A DNA stretch of 64,000 nucleotides. It comes from Dudresnaya verticillata. Lineage: Eukaryota. The position numbers were made by a program, and so were the translations under genes. The DNA lies in the NCBI GenBank assembly GCA_977862235.1, contig OZ374560.1:2232001-2296000 (forward strand), read 5' to 3'. The notes beneath the pieces were generated by a model. That model made no database searches, was not told the origin of the DNA, and saw nothing but the letters and a program-made list of their open reading frames with translations. This document shows positions 59,740 through 64,000 of the stretch, piece by piece (positions within the stretch are counted from its first letter, which is position 1; every line of letters begins with the position of its first letter).

Positions 59740-59967
59740 ATGGCTCTTTTCAAGATGTTCGCGATGCTGTTCGTGGTTCTCCTCGTCTCCGGCGCTGTTA
59801 ATGGTGCTGCAGTGAAGGAGGCGAAGCGCCCGGAGGTCAACCTGCAGACCATGATCAAGTTCATGAAGGAGCTGTTCCCGTGTCAGACGGATAGCGACTG
59901 CAACAAGCAGATGTCCGGATATTCGTTCTGTGACCGCGATCATGCCTTCTGCATTCCCCTGTATTAA
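59740..59967 (+). CDS. Small secreted 4-Cys peptide precursor, copy 1 (75 aa)
   Basis: Signal peptide, pro-like segment with KR, and C-x5-C-x9-C-x6-C; near-identical second copy with diverged flanks; AAAAATGG context. Confidence 0.85.
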   Translation: MALFKMFAMLFVVLLVSGAVNGAAVKEAKRPEVNLQTMIKFMKELFPCQTDSDCNKQMSGYSFCDRDHAFCIPLY

Positions 59968-60444
59968 GAGGAGTGGAACAATCTGCATGGTTGGACTAGC
60001 ATGACACGCAGCTTCGGTTTTCAGAAGGTCCATCCTCGTATGTTAATCTCAAGGTAGGGATGCCATGCCAGCAGCTTATACATGTTGGCAAATGCTCCCC
60101 TTATCTGTTAGTAGTGCAGTCCTTTTTTCCAAGCGTGCCTCTTTGTCGGAGATTAACCAATCGCAAAGAGCAAACCAAATCTTATGTCGCAGAGGGTCTT
60201 CACAACTATGGAAACAGATGAGCTACATGAGCAACTCTGTTCATGTCTATTGTTTATTGTTGTTTCAGGTGCTAGCTATGGGTGCATACTGTGCCATCTA
60301 ACTCGTCTCACTTCTTTAGTTCTAAAATGCGTTCGAAGAGGCTGTTATCCGGCGTAAGCCGGTAGACCGTCGCCTAGAGCCCAGTCCTTGCTAAGCCCCA
60401 TAAGGAGCTTGTAGACTTCTGATGAAAAAAGGGAATACACGTAT

Positions 60445-60626
60445 GAAGGTTACTTCGCCGATATCCGAAAAACTATCTCTTCTCACCCACCTCACCTCTC
60501 TTGTACTTCAATCTTTCGCGGTGGTTATTAACCGCCGTTTATTCTTCGACCGTCGCCTTTCAGATGAGTTTTAGGTAAGCCCCCTTACGGGGCTGTAGTC
60601 TTTCCTATGCGTAAAGGTCTCCATCT
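60445..60626 (+). mobile_element. 5'-truncated family-1 retrotransposon 3' end, 7-bp TSD
   Basis: Matches 46108-46289; CACGTAT at 60438-60444 and 60627-60633. Confidence 0.88.
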
Positions 60627-61551
60627 CACGTATACAACAACAAACTCCTGTTCCTGTGAGGTAAATTTATACAACATAAAGTCTTTCAGGTTCGCTAAAG
60701 CTAGCTAGATCAACAAACATCATCCGCAAGTATCAAGCCATAAAGATGATGAAGAGATACTATTGATAAACACCATCCTCGAGGCTTGAGGCTGCAATTA
60801 GCGCGTAGCTACTCGAATTAATTCTCGGAATCCTGCTGAATGTGACCCTCGAATGCTTTCCGGGAGCAACAGAATATCAGACAGCCAGTATTACCAAGAA
60901 GAAGTATGTTCATGCGAAGAGCCAACTTCTGTTCTGTGGTAAACGCAGAGTCCTCAAATCCATCCTCACAAAAAGCTTTTTTGAGGTTCGCTCAGCGTTA
61001 TAGTTACTGTGCAGCAGAGACGCTACTTCTGACTCGTCTATCTGTAGCAATTATATCGTTAAACACGAGCGTTGGTTATGAGCGTTTAACCAGAGAACAG
61101 AGTTTTTGTACTTTACCAATTTGGTACCAGCGCGTTACAATGTGTGCAGTATCGTGCTGCGGGCTTCGATAACCTGTTCGGAGCACTGCTTACAACCATA
61201 CAAAGAATCACGATGGCTGCAATACTTTACCATTGCAATACAGGTGAGAGATATTTCTGAGAGCATCACTCGGTGGCCACATAAAAAGAAGACATAGCAT
61301 ACCGTCTGCACGAAGATGCAACATAAGGTGTTCCCGAGCCGCTCTCGCAAATGGATATGCCGAAAAGCGAACAGGGCCCAAGCAGCAGAGCGACGTGCTG
61401 CAGCAAGCGCGACACGGAGAAATCTCTCGAACACTCGTGACTTTGCTGCAACAAAAGTAGTACAGTACTGTACTAACTCGTTCCAATCTGCTGACAATCT
61501 ACGACTGCGGGAATGATGCAGCGACTCAGTGCCCGGAGATCAAGAGGGTAT

Positions 61552-61603
61552 CCCTTTATTTAGAAGATTTACGAGAAGCCCCTTAAGGAGGCTTAAGTGG
61601 TAG
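61552..61603 (-). mobile_element. Retroelement 3' end (family 3)
   Basis: Similar to 12741-12800; hairpin AAGCCCCTTAAGGAGGCTT. Confidence 0.5.
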
Positions 61604-62582
61604 CATTTCCAACTCAATAGTTGAGAAGCGTACACCATCAAAACTGAAAGGGTACTACTGCTCACGCAAAAGACGCTTTATTCTGCTGTTTATTCAATTG
61701 GATCTTTACAATGTTTGCAGAAAGCGGTGTTTTATTCACTTCATTCATTGTAGGCGCAGATGTGTTCTGTAGCACCGCACCATAGGGCCCAGCTTACGCT
61801 TTCAAAGCTCAATACTGTGTCCCGAAGGATCTCCACCGATACGACCTAAGCCAGGTAGCCGTTGCCTTAAGTTTCATTCACGATAGCCCTCACGTTCGAC
61901 GATATACCGGTGTTTAACCCCAGCTACATCCAGAAGCAAACAGGCCATTCCCTTCCCAGCCCTGGTCACTGACCGTATTCGCCCATTTTAGATGCGATGA
62001 AGCTGGCTTCTCGAGCTTGCGAAGAACGCATTTTCCGAAAAGATGGAATGGGATGTACGTTTACTGCCAGCAGGTGCAGTGGGGCCAGAAACTGCTTCCA
62101 CAGTATATGAATTTGTTCGCGTTTACGAGAAATAAAGTTTAGTAGGAAAGGATGACAGCTTCATGCAGCAGAATAGCCAAGTTAGGCTCCGAATATCAGA
62201 ACGATTGCTAGTTTTCTCCCAGGGGAACAATATACATATTGTGTCTACGCCTGTGGTTGCTTCCACTCCACAAGATTATATCTATTGTTTCAATGCAATG
62301 GAACCTTGTTTTCCGACGAATCAGTACACGGGTTCTGAGATGTTCCGAGGTCCATACACTCAACGGGATAATACGGGCTTTTAGCATCAAGAAGATTCAC
62401 TGCACTCACTGAGCTTGACCGTGATCGATGAGAGGGTCAATGGCAATGCCCGCAGAGTTGTGAGTATAAAACCCAGGCTGCGCCCATCCCTGGGTTTATC
62501 TTTCTTACTCCAAGGAACAACACACCCTCTTCAACAAATCTCTTCACCAGTTGTCTTTACGCTCCTATCCCGCTCCCAAAAA

Positions 62583-62810
62583 ATGGCTCTTTCCAAGATG
62601 TTCGCGATGCTGTTCGTGGTTCTCCTCGTCTCCGGCGCTGTTAATGGTGCCGCAGTGAAGGAGGCGAAGCGCCCGGAGGTCAACCTGCAGACCATGATCA
62701 AGTTCATGAAGGAGCTGTTTCCGTGTCAGACGGATAGCGACTGCAACAAGCAGATGTCCGGATATTCGTTCTGTGACCAGGGTCATGCCTTCTGCATTCC
62801 CCTGTATTAA
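62583..62810 (+). CDS. Small secreted 4-Cys peptide precursor, copy 2 (75 aa)
   Basis: Three amino-acid differences from 59740-59967; TATAAAA near 62466. Confidence 0.85.
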   Translation: MALSKMFAMLFVVLLVSGAVNGAAVKEAKRPEVNLQTMIKFMKELFPCQTDSDCNKQMSGYSFCDQGHAFCIPLY

Positions 62811-63887
62811 GGAGGATGAGCTGTATGGCTAGAGTTATGAATCCTGCTCAGCAGCTATGGGTTTCAAAACCTTCTACCCATACTGTAACAGTCAAGATAG
62901 GATACACATGCCAGCAGCTTATATAGGTCGGCGAAGGTTTTCCATGTTTTTGTCTGGTTCGAACGCATATGTTGTAGTGCAGGTATGTCTTCCAGTAGTA
63001 TGCCATTGTTTGAGATAAATCAAACGCAATGTCCAAATCAAATCACATACCTTTGAGAGTATGCATGACTGTGAAAAGCATATGAGCTACGCCAGCTGCT
63101 CTGGTGCTAGCTGTGAGAACACACCATGTAAGATCACCATTAGCAACCAACATAGCATGTCAACACCATCAGCCTATCAAGCTATCTGCTCTCGCGAACG
63201 TCGCAAGTACTGACACACGCACCCCTGTCCCCTTCGGTAGTAAATATTGCAATATTTCCGCCATTATGCCCCAATAATATCTGCAATATATGCCTATGCC
63301 GTGCAATAAGTTTGTGCAATGTGATGCTGTTTTATGCGCCCTTCGGAACGATATATGTGATTGTGACAGCTTCGCGTCCAAAAACCGTTCATTCATTTTG
63401 AGGAAGATAAGCACACAGCTTTAGTTTATTCTAAGGAGCAAGCCTGGGAAAGGGTCTAATTACCTGGATACATAACAGGAGGAGGGGGATGGGTTGCAGC
63501 AATTCACGCTAACTGCAACAGATTGAAGAACGAGCGTAGCAAGGGACGTAAAAAGAGAGCAAGCTTCTTAGCGAGGTCTAGAAAACGCTATATTCTCGGG
63601 ATCCAACTCTACAGATGCCCCTCACGCACAGAACCGCACATATGCGAGTCGCATACTGCACTTAGCAATAGGGCTTCCAATATTACTACTCAACCCAATA
63701 GGTATTGCAATATACAATGTCACTACAACAAGAATTGCACTTTGCATCCAGAAACTCAATGTGCTATTGCTATTGTGCATTGCAATTAATTGCCCGACAG
63801 CCCTGCTTGTGTCTCTTGTTCTCCAATCTGAGCTCTCAGAACCAATCGAACAAAACAGTCCTACGGTCTATTGAGTGACAGCTCTTG

Positions 63888-63935
63888 CGCTCCCTTATGG
63901 GGCTTCTTTCTATTCTAAGTAAAGTTTGTCTCTCT
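63888..63935 (+). mobile_element. Degenerate retroelement 3' end
   Basis: GCTCCCTTATGGGGCTTCT..TAAAG..TCTCTCT follows the hairpin plus TC-tail pattern. Confidence 0.4.
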
Positions 63936-64000
63936 ACCTATCTATCTATACAGCAACCAACTCATTCCCAGGATGGCTCCATGTGACACCCGAATCGATT

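Overview
Eukaryotic, intron-poor genomic DNA. GT-AG introns with GCTAAC branch points, CRE-type retroelements and the gene content suggest a red alga (inference only). No rRNA, tRNA or CRISPR array was recognised. The main feature is a tandemly duplicated minus-strand gene (46352-50551; 53232-56960) whose inferred architecture is an MLKL/RPW8/HeLo-like N-terminal four-helix bundle, an intact protein kinase, an APAF-1-type helical domain and an array of near-identical 129-bp WD40 repeats (13 vs 8) that vary almost only at five codons. It looks like an NLR-type hypervariable sensor whose NTPase has been replaced by a helical bundle plus kinase. The second copy has a nonsense codon at a hypervariable position. 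A full-length two-ORF RLE (CRE-like) non-LTR retrotransposon with a 9-bp TSD sits just 3' of the first copy. About a dozen 5'-truncated retroelement ends from several families share a GCCCC-N3/4-GGGGC hairpin and mostly a (TC)n tail. Other genes: two secreted proteins with ten 6-Cys modules plus a third fragment, a spliced secreted metallo-beta-lactamase-fold hydrolase, a C2H2 zinc-finger factor, two other secreted orphans and a duplicated small 4-Cys secreted peptide. Domain calls are by eye from motifs, with no database search.
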